Of a stretch of DNA of 64,000 bases, positions 40,208-50,959 are shown piece after piece. The position numbers were made by a program, and so were the translations under genes. The notes below the pieces were generated by a model that searched no databases, was not told where the DNA came from, and saw nothing but the letters and a program-made list of their open reading frames with translations. The stretch's first letter is position 1. Every line of letters starts with the position of its first letter. The stretch comes from an uncultured Actinomycetota bacterium (GTDB lineage: Bacteria > Actinomycetota > Actinomycetes > JAFAQI01). Where the stretch lies: positions 1,504,001 to 1,568,000 of the forward strand of contig CAVYQE010000001.1 of NCBI GenBank assembly GCA_963770565.1, given 5' to 3'.

Positions 40208-41401
40208 CTAGCTGCCGTTGAGCGCGCGCACCGCGAAGTCGGCGTACAGCGTCACACCATCCGCCATCACCGCGTCGTCGAAGGCCGCCTCGGGGGAGTG
40301 GTTGAACGGCGCGGTGCCCGGATCGCGGTCGGCCAGGGTGGCACCGAGGAACACCATGACACCGGGGACCTCGTCGAGCACCCGGGAGAAGTCCTCCGAC
40401 CCCGACAGCGGGTTGGGCAGGTCGGTCCAGCGGTCGTCGCCGTGGTGGTCGGTCACGCTGGCGTGGGCCAGGTCGACCTGCGAGCCGGCGTTGACCGTGA
40501 CCGGATACAGCTCCTCGATCTTTGCGTCGACCTCGAGCCCGTACGCCGTACCGATCCCGGTGCACACCGAGGTGATCTCGGCGAGCAGGCGTTCGTGGGC
40601 CACCCGGGAGAACGACCGGACGGTGGCCTCGAAGCTGGCCGAGTCGGGGATGACGTTGAACAGCGTCCCGGCGTGGAACGAGCCGACCGTGACGATCACC
40701 GGGTCGAACACGTCGAAGCGGCGGGTGACGAAGGTCTGCAGCGCGGTGACCATCTCGCAGGCCGCCGGTATCGGGTCCTTGGCGCGGTGCGGAGCCGAGC
40801 CGTGACCACCGGCGCCGCGCACGTTGACCCGCAGCGTGTCGGCCGCGGACATGATCGTGCCGGTCCGGCTGGCGAACTGGCCGGCCGGGAGGAGCGAGGA
40901 CGTGACGTGGAGGGCGAATGCGGCGTCGATCCGCTTTCCGGCCGCGTCGAGCACGCCTTCGGAGACCATGTGGCGCGCGCCGTCATGTCCCTCCTCGCCC
41001 GGCTGGAACATGAAGACGACATCGCCGGGCAGCGTGCTGCGCTGTGCGGTCAGCACCCGGGCTGCGCCGACCAGCATGGCGGTGTGCAGGTCATGGCCAC
41101 AGGCGTGCATGGTGTCGCCGGTCGCCGCAAACGGGGCACCGGTCCGCTCGACCACGGGCAGCGCGTCCATGTCGCCGCGCAGCAGGACCGATCGGCCGCC
41201 GGGCGATCCGCCCCGAAGAACCGCCGTGACCGAGCTCAGCGAGTCGCCGGTCGAGATCTCCAGTGGCAGCCCGTCGAGCGCGGCGAGGACGTGCTCCTGA
41301 GTCCTCGGCAGGCTCAGCCCGAGCTCGGGGATCTGATGCAGTGCGCGGCGCAGTTGGACCAGGTCCTCCTGGACGTCAGCAGCCAAGTCAGCAATCGCCA
41401 T
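40208..41401 (-). CDS. M20D amidohydrolase (hippurate hydrolase-like)
   Basis: LHQIPEL, RGDMDALP, MHACGHD, FQPGEEG, SEDFS, NHSP. Confidence 0.93.
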   Translation of the reverse strand: MAIADLAADVQEDLVQLRRALHQIPELGLSLPRTQEHVLAALDGLPLEISTGDSLSSVTAVLRGGSPGGRSVLLRGDMDALPVVERTGAPFAATGDTMHACGHDLHTAMLVGAARVLTAQRSTLPGDVVFMFQPGEEGHDGARHMVSEGVLDAAGKRIDAAFALHVTSSLLPAGQFASRTGTIMSAADTLRVNVRGAGGHGSAPHRAKDPIPAACEMVTALQTFVTRRFDVFDPVIVTVGSFHAGTLFNVIPDSASFEATVRSFSRVAHERLLAEITSVCTGIGTAYGLEVDAKIEELYPVTVNAGSQVDLAHASVTDHHGDDRWTDLPNPLSGSEDFSRVLDEVPGVMVFLGATLADRDPGTAPFNHSPEAAFDDAVMADGVTLYADFAVRALNGS

Positions 41402-41456
41402 ACCCGCCAACCTAGTGAACCCGGGTCAGCCATACTTTGCTTCGGAGGTCTTGCCC

Positions 41457-43205
41457 ATGACGCAGGTGGCAGCTCACGGCACGATCGCGATCCCTGAGGC
41501 GGCCACGAGCCGGGTTGCCACCTCGCTCCACGACTGTGATGTCGCGGTCGCCGACCTGGTCGAGCACTCCAAGCCTTGGTTCGAGGCGGAGCCGAGCGAG
41601 CTGGTCGGCCTGCTCGAGCGGCTCAACGAGGCCCTGCTCGCCGGGTCCCAGGACTGGGTCGAAGCCGCGTGTACGGCCAAGCACATCCCGTCTGACTCCG
41701 GGTTGGCCGGCGAGGAGTGGGCGAGCGTCGCGATCACTGCCCGCTACATCCGCCTGCTTGCCGCGGCCTTGACCGACATCGCAGCGGGCCACAAGCCGCA
41801 GTTCCCCGGCCGGCCGCATCCAGCGACCGGCGGGCACACCGCGATCCCGGCCTTCCCGTTCGACGCCTTCGACAAGGTGGCACTGTCCGGGTTCGCCGCC
41901 GAGATCTGGCTGCGCCGGGGCGTGGCCGGCGCGCAGGCGGTCGAGCGGCAGGCGGCGGCGTGGTTCGGGGGCGGGTCGCCGGGAGTCTCGCTCGTCCTCG
42001 GCGCCGGCAATGTGGCCTCGATTCCGATCACCGACGCGCTCGACCGGCTGTTCATCGCCCGGCACCCGGTGATCCTGAAGATGAACCCGGTCAACGACTA
42101 CCTCGGCCCGATCTTCGAGCGGGTGTTCGGCGAGCTGGTCGACCGCGGCGTACTGCGGGTCGGGTACGGCGGAGCCGAGGTCGGCACCCATCTCGTCCGG
42201 CACGACGCCGTCACCGAGGTCCACGTCACCGGCTCGGACAAGACCTTCGAGGCGATCGTGTTCGGGACCGGGGAGGACGGGGCGCGCCGGCTGGCGGCGA
42301 ACGATCCGCTGGTGACCAAGCCGGTGACGGGTGAGCTCGGCAACGTCTCGCCGGTCATCGTCGTACCGGGGCCTTGGGCGCCGAAGGACATTGCGTTCCA
42401 GGCCCAGAACCTCGCGTCGATGCTGGCCAACAACGGCGGGTTCAACTGCATCGCCCTGCGCGCGATCGTGACATCGAACTCATGGGAGCTGCGCGGGCAG
42501 CTGCTGGACGGGGTCCGGGAAGTGCTCGGCGAGGTCGGTTCGCGCTACCCCTACTACCCGGGCGCGCGCGACCGCTACGAGCGATTCGTCGCCGCCCATC
42601 CCGAGGCTGAGCGCTTCGGCGACGACTCGCTCGCCTGCGTGCCGTGGACGATGATCCCCGGCCTGCGGCCGGACACCAAGGACGAGATCGCGTTCACCAC
42701 CGAGTCGTTCAACGGGGTCTTCGGCGAGGTCGGGATCGACGCCACCGGCACGGTCGACTTCATCCGCAAGGCGGTCGACTTCGCCAACAACGGGATGTGG
42801 GGGACCCTCGGATGCTCGCTCATCGTGCATCCGAAGACCCTGGCCGACCCGGAGGTGGCCCGCGCCGTCGAGCAGGCGATCGCGGACCTGCGCTACGGCA
42901 CGGTGGCGGTCAACCACTGGTCGGCGGTCGGATTCCTGCTCGGCACCACGCCGTGGGGCGCATACCCGGGGCACACCGTCACCGATGTCCAGTCAGGCAT
43001 CGGTTTCGTGCACAACTCGATGATGCTCGACGAGGCCGATATCGAGAAGACCGTGGTTCGTGGGCCGTTCCGGATGCCGGTCAAACCGACCTGGTTCGTC
43101 ACGAACAAGACCGCCAACCGGTCCGGGGAGATGTTCGCGCGGTTGATGGCCAAGCCGACGTGGGGGAAACTGCCCGGTCTGATCACCACCGCCCTGCGCG
43201 GATAG
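41457..43205 (+). CDS. Aldehyde dehydrogenase family protein (atypical subfamily)
   Basis: LGAGN, KMNPVN, HVTGS, GELGNVSP, NNGGFNC. Confidence 0.85.
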   Translation: MTQVAAHGTIAIPEAATSRVATSLHDCDVAVADLVEHSKPWFEAEPSELVGLLERLNEALLAGSQDWVEAACTAKHIPSDSGLAGEEWASVAITARYIRLLAAALTDIAAGHKPQFPGRPHPATGGHTAIPAFPFDAFDKVALSGFAAEIWLRRGVAGAQAVERQAAAWFGGGSPGVSLVLGAGNVASIPITDALDRLFIARHPVILKMNPVNDYLGPIFERVFGELVDRGVLRVGYGGAEVGTHLVRHDAVTEVHVTGSDKTFEAIVFGTGEDGARRLAANDPLVTKPVTGELGNVSPVIVVPGPWAPKDIAFQAQNLASMLANNGGFNCIALRAIVTSNSWELRGQLLDGVREVLGEVGSRYPYYPGARDRYERFVAAHPEAERFGDDSLACVPWTMIPGLRPDTKDEIAFTTESFNGVFGEVGIDATGTVDFIRKAVDFANNGMWGTLGCSLIVHPKTLADPEVARAVEQAIADLRYGTVAVNHWSAVGFLLGTTPWGAYPGHTVTDVQSGIGFVHNSMMLDEADIEKTVVRGPFRMPVKPTWFVTNKTANRSGEMFARLMAKPTWGKLPGLITTALRG

Positions 43206-43261
43206 CATCCAGTTCACTGAAGCCTGAGCCCATTCAGGCCGGTCATACTTTGGGGAGAACC

Positions 43262-44167
43262 GTGAATCGGGTCGTTGTGGGGGTGGCGGCGCTGGCCGCA
43301 TCGAGTCTCGTGGTGGCCGGTTGCGGCAGCTCGAGCTCGGGGGGTACGACGCCACCGGCCACCTCGCCGTCAAGCTCACCGGCGCCGTCCACGTCGCTCG
43401 CGGCGGGCGCCATCCCGGGCTGCACGCCCAGCACGCTGCAGACCGTTTCGTCGGGCAACATCACGATCGGGGTGGACCAGCCGGTCTACCCGCCGTGGTT
43501 CAACCACAACAAGACGCCGATCGACGGCAACGGCTTCGAGAGCGCGGTCGACCTCGCGATCGCCAAGAAGCTCGGCTACACGCCTGACCAGATCAAGGTG
43601 AAGCGGATCACTTTCAGCCAGGCGATCGGCCCGGCCGCGCGTGACTTCGACTACGACCTCGACGAGTTCTCGATCACCACGGCCCGGGAGAAGGCGGTCG
43701 ACTTCTCCGCGCCGTACTACGACGTCGCCGAGTCGATCGTCGCGATGAAGGGCACCAAGGCCGCGTCGGTCAACACGCTGGCCGGGCTGCGGGCGCTCAA
43801 GCTCGGCGCCCAGCTCGGCACCACCGACGCCGACACGATCAGCAACGTCATCAAGCCGTCGTCGCACGCCTTTTACACGAGTAACGGCCTCGCGGTCCAG
43901 GCGTTGAAGAACGGCCAGATCGACGGGCTCGTGGTCGACCTGCCGACCGCCTTCTACATCACGTCGGCGCAGGTCACCGGCAGCACGATCATCGGTCAGA
44001 TCGCTCCTGGTGCTCACCCCGAGCAGTTCGGCGCGCTGCTGGCAAAGGGCAGCCCACTCACCAGCTGCGTGAGCAAGGCGGTCGATGCGTTGAAGGCCAG
44101 CGGGCAGCTGGCGAAGATTCAGACCAAGTGGCTCGCAAAAGGGGGCAACGCGCCGGTCCTTCAGTAG
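43262..44167 (+). CDS. Polar amino-acid ABC substrate-binding lipoprotein
   Basis: Lipobox VAGC; YPPW, GFE, ITTAREKAVDFSAPYY, GAQLGTT. Confidence 0.9.
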   Translation: MNRVVVGVAALAASSLVVAGCGSSSSGGTTPPATSPSSSPAPSTSLAAGAIPGCTPSTLQTVSSGNITIGVDQPVYPPWFNHNKTPIDGNGFESAVDLAIAKKLGYTPDQIKVKRITFSQAIGPAARDFDYDLDEFSITTAREKAVDFSAPYYDVAESIVAMKGTKAASVNTLAGLRALKLGAQLGTTDADTISNVIKPSSHAFYTSNGLAVQALKNGQIDGLVVDLPTAFYITSAQVTGSTIIGQIAPGAHPEQFGALLAKGSPLTSCVSKAVDALKASGQLAKIQTKWLAKGGNAPVLQ

Positions 44168-44179
44168 CAGGATTGCGCA

Positions 44180-45046
44180 ATGAGCACGATGACCGGCGAG
44201 TTCTCGCCGTCCGACAAGGAAGCCTGGCGGCGCGGCTACCGTCGAGATCGCAAGCGAAAGTCCACCCTCGTCGCGATCCTCAGCACGGTGGGCTTCTCGG
44301 CGGTGCTCTGGCTGGCCGTCACGCATTCGCCGGGTTGGAAGTCCGCGCATGAGACCTTCCTGTCAGGCCATGAGTTCCGGGCCGACACGGGTGACATCTT
44401 TCGCGGTCTGCTGATCGACCTGAAGCTGCTGCTCATCTGCGAGCCGTGCATCCTCGTCCTCGCGCTGATCATCGCGATCATGCGGACGTCGGTGAGCGCG
44501 GTGCTCGCTCCGCTGAGGATCGGGTGCGCACTCTACGTCGATATCTTCCGCGGCTGCCCGATGATCATCCTGCTCTACCTGTCCGCTGAAGGAATCCCGT
44601 CGTTGCGGCTGCATCACGTGACGAACTCAGCACTGGTCTGGGGCGCGGTGGCGATCATCGTCTCCTATAGCGCGTATGTCACCGAGGTGATGCGGTCCGG
44701 CATCCAGTCGGTGCATCCGAGCCAGCGGGCCGCGGCCAGATCGCTCGGCCTCAGCCAGCGGCAGAGCCTGCGCCTGGTCGTGTTGCCCCAAGCGGTCCGG
44801 AACGTGATCCCGGCGCTCCTCAACGATTTCGTCGCGCTTCAGAAGGACGTCGGCCTGATCTCGATCGTCGGCGCGGTCGCTGATGCGATCAACCGCGCGA
44901 CGTCGGACAATGACGCGACCTTCAACTTCACGCCGTTCGTCATCGCGGCGATCCTGTTCATCCTGCTCGCGGCTCCCTCGGGCCGCTTTGCGGATGCCTA
45001 CGCCCGACGAGCGCTGCGCCGGCAGCAGGCAGGCGTGGTCGTGTGA
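44180..45046 (+). CDS. Amino-acid ABC permease
   Basis: YVDIFRGCP, YSAYVTEVMRSGI, VVLPQAVR. Confidence 0.92.
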   Translation: MSTMTGEFSPSDKEAWRRGYRRDRKRKSTLVAILSTVGFSAVLWLAVTHSPGWKSAHETFLSGHEFRADTGDIFRGLLIDLKLLLICEPCILVLALIIAIMRTSVSAVLAPLRIGCALYVDIFRGCPMIILLYLSAEGIPSLRLHHVTNSALVWGAVAIIVSYSAYVTEVMRSGIQSVHPSQRAAARSLGLSQRQSLRLVVLPQAVRNVIPALLNDFVALQKDVGLISIVGAVADAINRATSDNDATFNFTPFVIAAILFILLAAPSGRFADAYARRALRRQQAGVVV

Positions 45047-45783
45047 CCGCTCCCGTCCTGGAGGTTCGCAACGTCCACAAGCACTACGGCGACGCGCGGA
45101 TTCTTAACGGCATCGACCTCGAGGTCGACGACGGGCAGGCCGTCGTACTGATCGGTGGGTCCGGATCGGGCAAGTCGACGCTGTTGCGCTGCATCAACCT
45201 GCTCGAGGTCGTCACCGACGGCGAGATCGTCCTCGAGGGCGACGAGATCACCGATCCGCGGGCTGACGCAGACGCGGTCCGCCGGCGGATTGGCGTGGTG
45301 TTCCAGGCGTTCAACCTGTTCCCGCATATGACCGCGCTGCAGAACGTCGCGCTGGCGCCGCGCGTGGTCGGTAAGCGCTCGAAGGCCGAGGCCGAGGAGC
45401 GAGGTCGCGAGCTGCTCGCCCGGGTCGGCCTGGCCGAGCACGCCGATTCGTATCCGGACCGGATGTCCGGCGGTCAGCAGCAGCGGACCGCGATCGCTCG
45501 TGCCCTCGCCAACGAGCCGCGGCTGCTGCTGCTGGACGAGGTCACGAGCGCGCTCGACCCGGAGCTGGTCGGTGAGGTGCTCGACCTGATCGGCGAGCTC
45601 AAGGACCAAGGGATGACGATCTTGATGGCGACGCACGAGATGGGGTTCGCCCGACGGGTCGCCAACGAGATCTGCTTCCTCGACTCCGGCATGGTCGCGG
45701 AGTCCGGCCCGCCGGAGCAGGTGCTCGGGGAGCCGAGCCATCCGCGACTGCAGCAGTTCCTGTCCCGGGTGTTGCGCCACTAG
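45043..45783 (+). CDS. Amino-acid ABC ATP-binding protein (GlnQ-like)
   Basis: [37 protein letters not shown]. Confidence 0.93.
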   Translation: MTAPVLEVRNVHKHYGDARILNGIDLEVDDGQAVVLIGGSGSGKSTLLRCINLLEVVTDGEIVLEGDEITDPRADADAVRRRIGVVFQAFNLFPHMTALQNVALAPRVVGKRSKAEAEERGRELLARVGLAEHADSYPDRMSGGQQQRTAIARALANEPRLLLLDEVTSALDPELVGEVLDLIGELKDQGMTILMATHEMGFARRVANEICFLDSGMVAESGPPEQVLGEPSHPRLQQFLSRVLRH

Positions 45784-45805
45784 TCGGAGGGGCGAAGATC
45801 GAGGT

Positions 45806-46795
45806 ATGACTTTGCCGACTCGCGTGCTTGGCAACTCCGGCCTGATCGTCTCGATGCAGGGCCTTGGCTGCATGGGGATGTCCCAGTCCTACGGCGCGGC
45901 CGACCCGGCCGAGTCTGACGCGACGATCCACCGCGCGCTGGACCTCGGCATCACGTTCTTCGACACCGCGGACGTTTACGGCGACGGGCACAACGAATCG
46001 TTGGTCGGCCGGGCGCTCGGAGCCTGTCGCAGCGAGATCGTGCTGGCGACCAAGTTCTCGCTGGCCCGAAACGACGACGGCTCGATGCGCATCGACGGCC
46101 GGCCCGAATACATCCGGAGCGCGATCGACGCGAGCCTGGCCCGGCTCGGCACCGACTACGTCGACCTCTACTACCAGCATCGGGTCGACCCGGACGTCGC
46201 GATCGAGGACACCGTCGGCGCGATGGCCGAGCTGGTCGAGGCCGGCAAGGTGCGCTACCTCGGCCTGTCCGAGGCCAGCTCCCGCACACTCGAGCGGGCC
46301 GCGGCGGTGCATCCGATCGCCGCGCTGCAGAGCGAGTACTCGCTCTGGACCCGTGACCTCGAGGACGACGTGATCCCGACCGCACGCCGGCTCGGCATCG
46401 GGCTGGTGCCGTTCAGCCCGCTCGGGCGCGGATTCCTCACCGGCGCGATCAAGAGCCCGGCGGACTTCGGCGACGACGACTTCCGCAAGAACAGCCCGCG
46501 TTTTGTCGGCGATAACTTCGACCGCAACCTCGCCCTCGTCGACCAGGTCCGCGAGCTCGCCGCGGCCAAGGGCTGTACGGCCGGCCAGATTGCCCTTGCC
46601 TGGGTGCTGGCGCAGGGCGACGACGTCGTACCGATCCCGGGCACCAAGCGTCGTACCTATCTCGAGGAGAACGTCGCCGCGTCCGCCCTGTCGCTCACCA
46701 AGGACGACCTCGCCCGGCTCGACGCGCTGGCTCCCGAGACGTCCGGTGCTCGCTACCCCTACGACCACAAGTACGGCGACAGCCCCCAACCCTGA
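45806..46795 (+). CDS. Aldo/keto reductase (AKR13-like)
   Basis: [36 protein letters not shown]. Confidence 0.93.
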   Translation: MTLPTRVLGNSGLIVSMQGLGCMGMSQSYGAADPAESDATIHRALDLGITFFDTADVYGDGHNESLVGRALGACRSEIVLATKFSLARNDDGSMRIDGRPEYIRSAIDASLARLGTDYVDLYYQHRVDPDVAIEDTVGAMAELVEAGKVRYLGLSEASSRTLERAAAVHPIAALQSEYSLWTRDLEDDVIPTARRLGIGLVPFSPLGRGFLTGAIKSPADFGDDDFRKNSPRFVGDNFDRNLALVDQVRELAAAKGCTAGQIALAWVLAQGDDVVPIPGTKRRTYLEENVAASALSLTKDDLARLDALAPETSGARYPYDHKYGDSPQP

Positions 46796-46811
46796 CCCGG
46801 CCGTCGCTGCG

Positions 46812-46909
46812 CCCCGTTTCAGCACACAACGCAAGCCTGCGCCGGGGGATACCCGCTGCAATGTCCGATTCAGCCGGCTTGCGATGGACCGTTGTGTGCT
46901 GGAACGGGG
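46812..46909. repeat. REP/MITE-like 20-bp inverted repeat element
   Basis: CCCCGTTTCAGCACACAACG vs CGTTGTGTGCTGGAACGGGG (one G-U pair); inner GCAAGCC/GGCTTGC. Confidence 0.7.
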
Positions 46910-46988
46910 ATCGTGGTCGGCGGGGGTGTCGATCTGGAGCGGTCTCGTCCGTCGGATGATCGAGGCAACGTCAACTGAGGAGAGCGAG

Positions 46989-47612
46989 ATGGCGACGAGT
47001 GTGTGGCCGACGATCCATGCCGAGCGCGCCGCGCTCATCGAGGATCTGGCCGATCTGAGTCCGGAGCAGTGGTCGCTGCCCACGATGTGCAGCGAGTGGA
47101 ACGTGCATCAGGTGCTCGCGCACCAGCTGTCGGCCGCGAAGATGACCCCGCCGAAGTTCTTCGTCAACTTCGCTGCGGCGGGCTTCAACTTCAACAAGTT
47201 CGCGGGCAAGCAGGTCGCGATCGAGTCGAAAGGCGGCCCGGCCGCAACGCTGGCGGCGCTCCGCGCGGTGCAGGGGCGAACGAGTGCTCCGCCCGGCCCG
47301 AAGGACACCTGGCTCGGCGAGGCGTTCGTCCACGGCGAGGACATCCGGCGCCCGCTGGGGATCAAGCACGAATACCCGTTGCGGGAGGTGGCGCGGGCGG
47401 TCGCGTTCTATGCCGGCAGCGACGTGATCATCGGCGGAAAGAGTCGGGTGGCCGGCGTGACCCTGACCGCCACCGACACCGACTTCTCGATCGGCTCCGG
47501 TCCCAAGGTCGAAGGGCCGGTCATGTCACTGCTGCTGGCCGCGTCCGGACGCAAGGCCGCGCTCGATGAGCTGTCAGGTCCGGGCGTCGAGGTCCTGCGC
47601 GGCCGCGACTGA
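46989..47612 (+). CDS. Mycothiol-dependent maleylpyruvate-isomerase-family (DinB-like) protein
   Basis: GAGGAG RBS; W...TMCSEWNVHQVLAH; EAFVHGEDIRRPLG. Confidence 0.88.
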   Translation: MATSVWPTIHAERAALIEDLADLSPEQWSLPTMCSEWNVHQVLAHQLSAAKMTPPKFFVNFAAAGFNFNKFAGKQVAIESKGGPAATLAALRAVQGRTSAPPGPKDTWLGEAFVHGEDIRRPLGIKHEYPLREVARAVAFYAGSDVIIGGKSRVAGVTLTATDTDFSIGSGPKVEGPVMSLLLAASGRKAALDELSGPGVEVLRGRD

Positions 47613-47615
47613 CCG

Positions 47616-48053
47616 TCAGCCGGCGCCGCCGAGGTCGACCGAGTACGCCTCGTAGACCACATCCGCGCCGTGCTGGCGGTGCCGGGTCAGTTTCGCGAGC
47701 AGGTCGATGACCGCCTCGCGGACCCGATCGACGTCATGCCGGCGGTCGCCGGCAAAGTCGGTGAGCAGGACCTGGATCTCGGCGTGCTCGCGGTCGAGCT
47801 GATGGATCCGCGGCACGAGCTGCGGAGCGTCCGCGCGGATCTGTGCGAACAGCCCATCGGCAGACTCGGTGACCGCGATGTGCCGGTCCCACGCCTCGCG
47901 GAGCTGACCGAGACAGCGATCGAGCTCGACCCGCCAGACCTCCGCGCCGCCGGCGACCGGGGCGGCGGCCGCCGCTTCGACGACGAGCATCGTCGCGCGC
48001 AGGCCGGCTCGCTGCTCGCGAACCTCGCCGATGTGCGGAAACGCGTCCGACAT
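47616..48053 (-). CDS. Hemerythrin-like domain protein
   Basis: Real tail of the spurious 1176-aa ORF: HIAVTE...LDREH...RHRQHGADVVYEAY. Confidence 0.7.
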   Translation of the reverse strand: MSDAFPHIGEVREQRAGLRATMLVVEAAAAAPVAGGAEVWRVELDRCLGQLREAWDRHIAVTESADGLFAQIRADAPQLVPRIHQLDREHAEIQVLLTDFAGDRRHDVDRVREAVIDLLAKLTRHRQHGADVVYEAYSVDLGGAG

Positions 48054-48103
48054 GCAGTGATCGTGCCCGACCCGGTCGGTACGGGCAACCTGGCCGATCG
48101 GCG

Positions 48104-50041
48104 CTAGGGCCGATGACCGGCTTCCTCGAGCGCGCCCGCGAGCACCGCGGCACCGCTCATGTCGAGGGCCGGTTCGTCGGTCTGCCAGGAGCGCACGTCG
48201 TCGATGTAGCGGCTGCCACGCCCGTTGAATTGCTGGTACGGCGCCGGCCCGGTGGGGCACTTGCGCATGCCTGACTGCAGCCCGCCTAGGCCGCCGGTGA
48301 ACAGTCCGGCCGAGTTGGGACCGTTCACGACCGCGCCGACGACGACCGGTGGCGAGCCGTCGAGGGTGCCGGCGAGGTTCGCGACCTGGTGCTGCATGCA
48401 GCGCGGGTAGTTGGTGCCCTCGCCGACCATGAAGCTGGCTCCCCAGGCATTGGCGCCGAACAACCAGTCCCGCTGTTCGGTCGCGAAGCCCTGGTAGGCG
48501 TTGGAGTTCGTTGCGCTGTCGTACATCGCGACCGTCGAGATCAGGCCGAAGGTGTGCGAGTCGACGTCGAACTGGTCGTAGTCGCCGCCGGCCCGGAACG
48601 CGTCGGTCGTCGCTCGGTGCAGCCCGATGTGGATCTGCTGGCGGAGGTCGGCGAGCAACGCCGGACGCGTGATCGCGAGGTGCGGGCCCGACGCCATCCG
48701 GTGCATCACCTGCAGCAGGTCGGCTTCGGCCAGAGCGCTGTCGTCGTAGAGGTTGAAGGTGTCGCCGGTGTCGTGCGCGATGTAGTCCCTCGCCCAGCGC
48801 GCTGCGTCGATGGCGTAGGCGCGGACGGGCTGCCCGAGGTCGAGCCGGGCCAGTGCGATCTCGCTGGCGCCGAGCGCCATGTCGTCGTGCCAGGTGGTCT
48901 CGGGGTAGTACCCCCACGGCGCGCTGGTGACCAGAGGGTGCGGCGGCTGCTTGGTCGCGGCCATCGCGTAGAGCGAGGTCGCGGCGTGGAGCTCGGACAC
49001 CGCGCGGCGGCGGTGCTTGGGCGCATCGACCTGGGCCGCGAGCGCGAACGCTGCACTGACCCGCCCGACCAGGTTCGGGCTGATCAGGTGCCCGGGCGGT
49101 GCGGCCCGGAACACCGGGCGGTGTGCGGCGGCGTACCTGTCCCGACTGGCGGTGTCGCGGTCGTCGGCCTGGGGGAGTCGCCACAGGTCGTGGTCGCCGT
49201 AGAAGGTGCCGGCCCGGTTGCCGGTGCCGATCCCGACCTGCAGGTAGAGCGTGCGGGTCTTCTCGTGCCACATCCGCCGCAGCCACTGCTCGCCGTGCCG
49301 GGCCTCGCGGGTCAGTGCGCCGGATGCTGCGGATCCCAGCGCCCGCTGGCTCGCGTACAACAACACGTCGGCGTACGCGGTGGTATGGGTGAACTTCAGG
49401 AAGTCGCCGGCGTCGAACCAGCCGCCCTCGGCATCGATCACGGCATGGTCGGCGACCCGGGTCAGGTGGCTGCCCTTGATCGTGTCGTCGCTGCCCGGAT
49501 GCGGGAAGTCCGGCAGTCGGTAGACCTCGGCGTGCGCGTCGTTGAGATGAGACGGCTTGCGGTCGAGCGCGGTGTCGACCTGGTCCTGGCCGTCGCGCTG
49601 GGCCTGGAAGAACCTCACGCCGTCGCCGACCATCCGGCCGTAGAGCGCGGCCGCCGACTCGATCCGGAACGACTGCGAGGTTGCGTTCGCCGGCCCGGTC
49701 ACGACGAGGTGGTAGGTGCCGGGTGTGGCGAGGTGGCTGAAGTCGAGCGAGTAGACGTCGGGATACGAGGCGCTCCAGCGGCCGCGGTTGGTCGTGCTGA
49801 CCTCGCCGGACAGCACCGTTGCCCCGTGCGCGTCGATCACGGCGTACGACGCGCCCGAGACCGGGCCGGTCGTCATCAGGTAGGCGTGCTTGACCTCGCC
49901 CGGGGTGAAGCCGACCGAGTCGACCCGCAACCGGTCGGCCGGGCCGGTGGTCGAGCCCGCGGGGGTCGGCGCCGCAGCAAGGGCTCCGGCGGCGACCAGG
50001 CCAACCGTCGCCAGCCCGCAGACCCGCCGCCAACTCGCCAT
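48104..50041 (-). CDS. Secreted glycoside hydrolase family 9 with N-terminal Ig-like domain
   Basis: RVDSVGF...K.A, FFQAQR, GGWFDAGDFLKF, GANAWGASF, YIDDVRSWQTDEPALD. Confidence 0.9.
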   Translation of the reverse strand: MASWRRVCGLATVGLVAAGALAAAPTPAGSTTGPADRLRVDSVGFTPGEVKHAYLMTTGPVSGASYAVIDAHGATVLSGEVSTTNRGRWSASYPDVYSLDFSHLATPGTYHLVVTGPANATSQSFRIESAAALYGRMVGDGVRFFQAQRDGQDQVDTALDRKPSHLNDAHAEVYRLPDFPHPGSDDTIKGSHLTRVADHAVIDAEGGWFDAGDFLKFTHTTAYADVLLYASQRALGSAASGALTREARHGEQWLRRMWHEKTRTLYLQVGIGTGNRAGTFYGDHDLWRLPQADDRDTASRDRYAAAHRPVFRAAPPGHLISPNLVGRVSAAFALAAQVDAPKHRRRAVSELHAATSLYAMAATKQPPHPLVTSAPWGYYPETTWHDDMALGASEIALARLDLGQPVRAYAIDAARWARDYIAHDTGDTFNLYDDSALAEADLLQVMHRMASGPHLAITRPALLADLRQQIHIGLHRATTDAFRAGGDYDQFDVDSHTFGLISTVAMYDSATNSNAYQGFATEQRDWLFGANAWGASFMVGEGTNYPRCMQHQVANLAGTLDGSPPVVVGAVVNGPNSAGLFTGGLGGLQSGMRKCPTGPAPYQQFNGRGSRYIDDVRSWQTDEPALDMSGAAVLAGALEEAGHRP

Positions 50042-50156
50042 CGAGCTCCCCAGTGCTGGTTGGTAGGAAACTTTCCTGTTCCGGGACGTTAGGGCCGAGG
50101 CCACCGGCCGTCAAGACCGCCCGCCGGCATTGACGGATGTGGAAGGCTCCGACGTC

Positions 50157-50885
50157 ATGGTCTCCGGTGCGGTCGCGTTGCATGTCTCGGCGCACCCCGA
50201 CGACGAGGCGATCGCCGCCGGTATGACGGTGTCGGGCCTGGCGACTCGTGGCTGGACGGTCGTCAACCTGTTGCTCAGCGCCGGCCTGCCGGGAGACGAA
50301 CCGCGACGGCTGGCCGAGGCGGCTGAGGCAGCGAAGCGGGCTGGCTACGTGCTCGAGACCGACGCCGATGCCCTCGGTCAAGGCGAAACCGGCTGCGTGA
50401 CGGCGGTCCTCGCTGCGCTGGACCGGCACCGGCCGACGCTGGTGATCTCGCCGCAGCCGCATGACCGCCACCCGTCGCACGAACTGGTCGGTCGCGCCGT
50501 ACGGGCCGCGCTCGAGCAGTCGGGCAGCACGGCGGTCTGGTGGACCTGGGGACTGTGGGCGGCGCTGCAGTCCCCGACCCTCTACGTGCCGTTCGGTCCG
50601 AGCGCCCTGGCGCGCGCGCTCGACGTGCTTGACGCCTATCGCGGCGAGCTCGAGCGCAACGACTACCGCCGGCTCGTCGAGGGCGCGGCGGCGAGCAACG
50701 CGGTGCTCGGCAGCGAGCGGGTCTTCGGCTTCGGATCGCCAGCCGCCAGCACCGAGATGTATGCCGAACTGTTCACCGAGCTGATTCGCAGCGACGGGCA
50801 TTGGTACGCCGGACAACCACGGGTGGTCGACCTCGACGAGCCACTGCAGGGGCTGCGCCGTGGTGACCCACTCGCTGACGATTAG
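50157..50885 (+). CDS. PIG-L/LmbE-family deacetylase
   Basis: SAHPDDE, RLAEA, DRHPSH; start uncertain (50130-50157). Confidence 0.82.
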   Translation: MVSGAVALHVSAHPDDEAIAAGMTVSGLATRGWTVVNLLLSAGLPGDEPRRLAEAAEAAKRAGYVLETDADALGQGETGCVTAVLAALDRHRPTLVISPQPHDRHPSHELVGRAVRAALEQSGSTAVWWTWGLWAALQSPTLYVPFGPSALARALDVLDAYRGELERNDYRRLVEGAAASNAVLGSERVFGFGSPAASTEMYAELFTELIRSDGHWYAGQPRVVDLDEPLQGLRRGDPLADD

Positions 50886-50959
50886 ATCAACGAGCGACCA
50901 GTGCGGGTTAACCGGCGCCATGCATCGGCTTGCGGTTGAGTGAGGGTCGAGAGCCCGGT

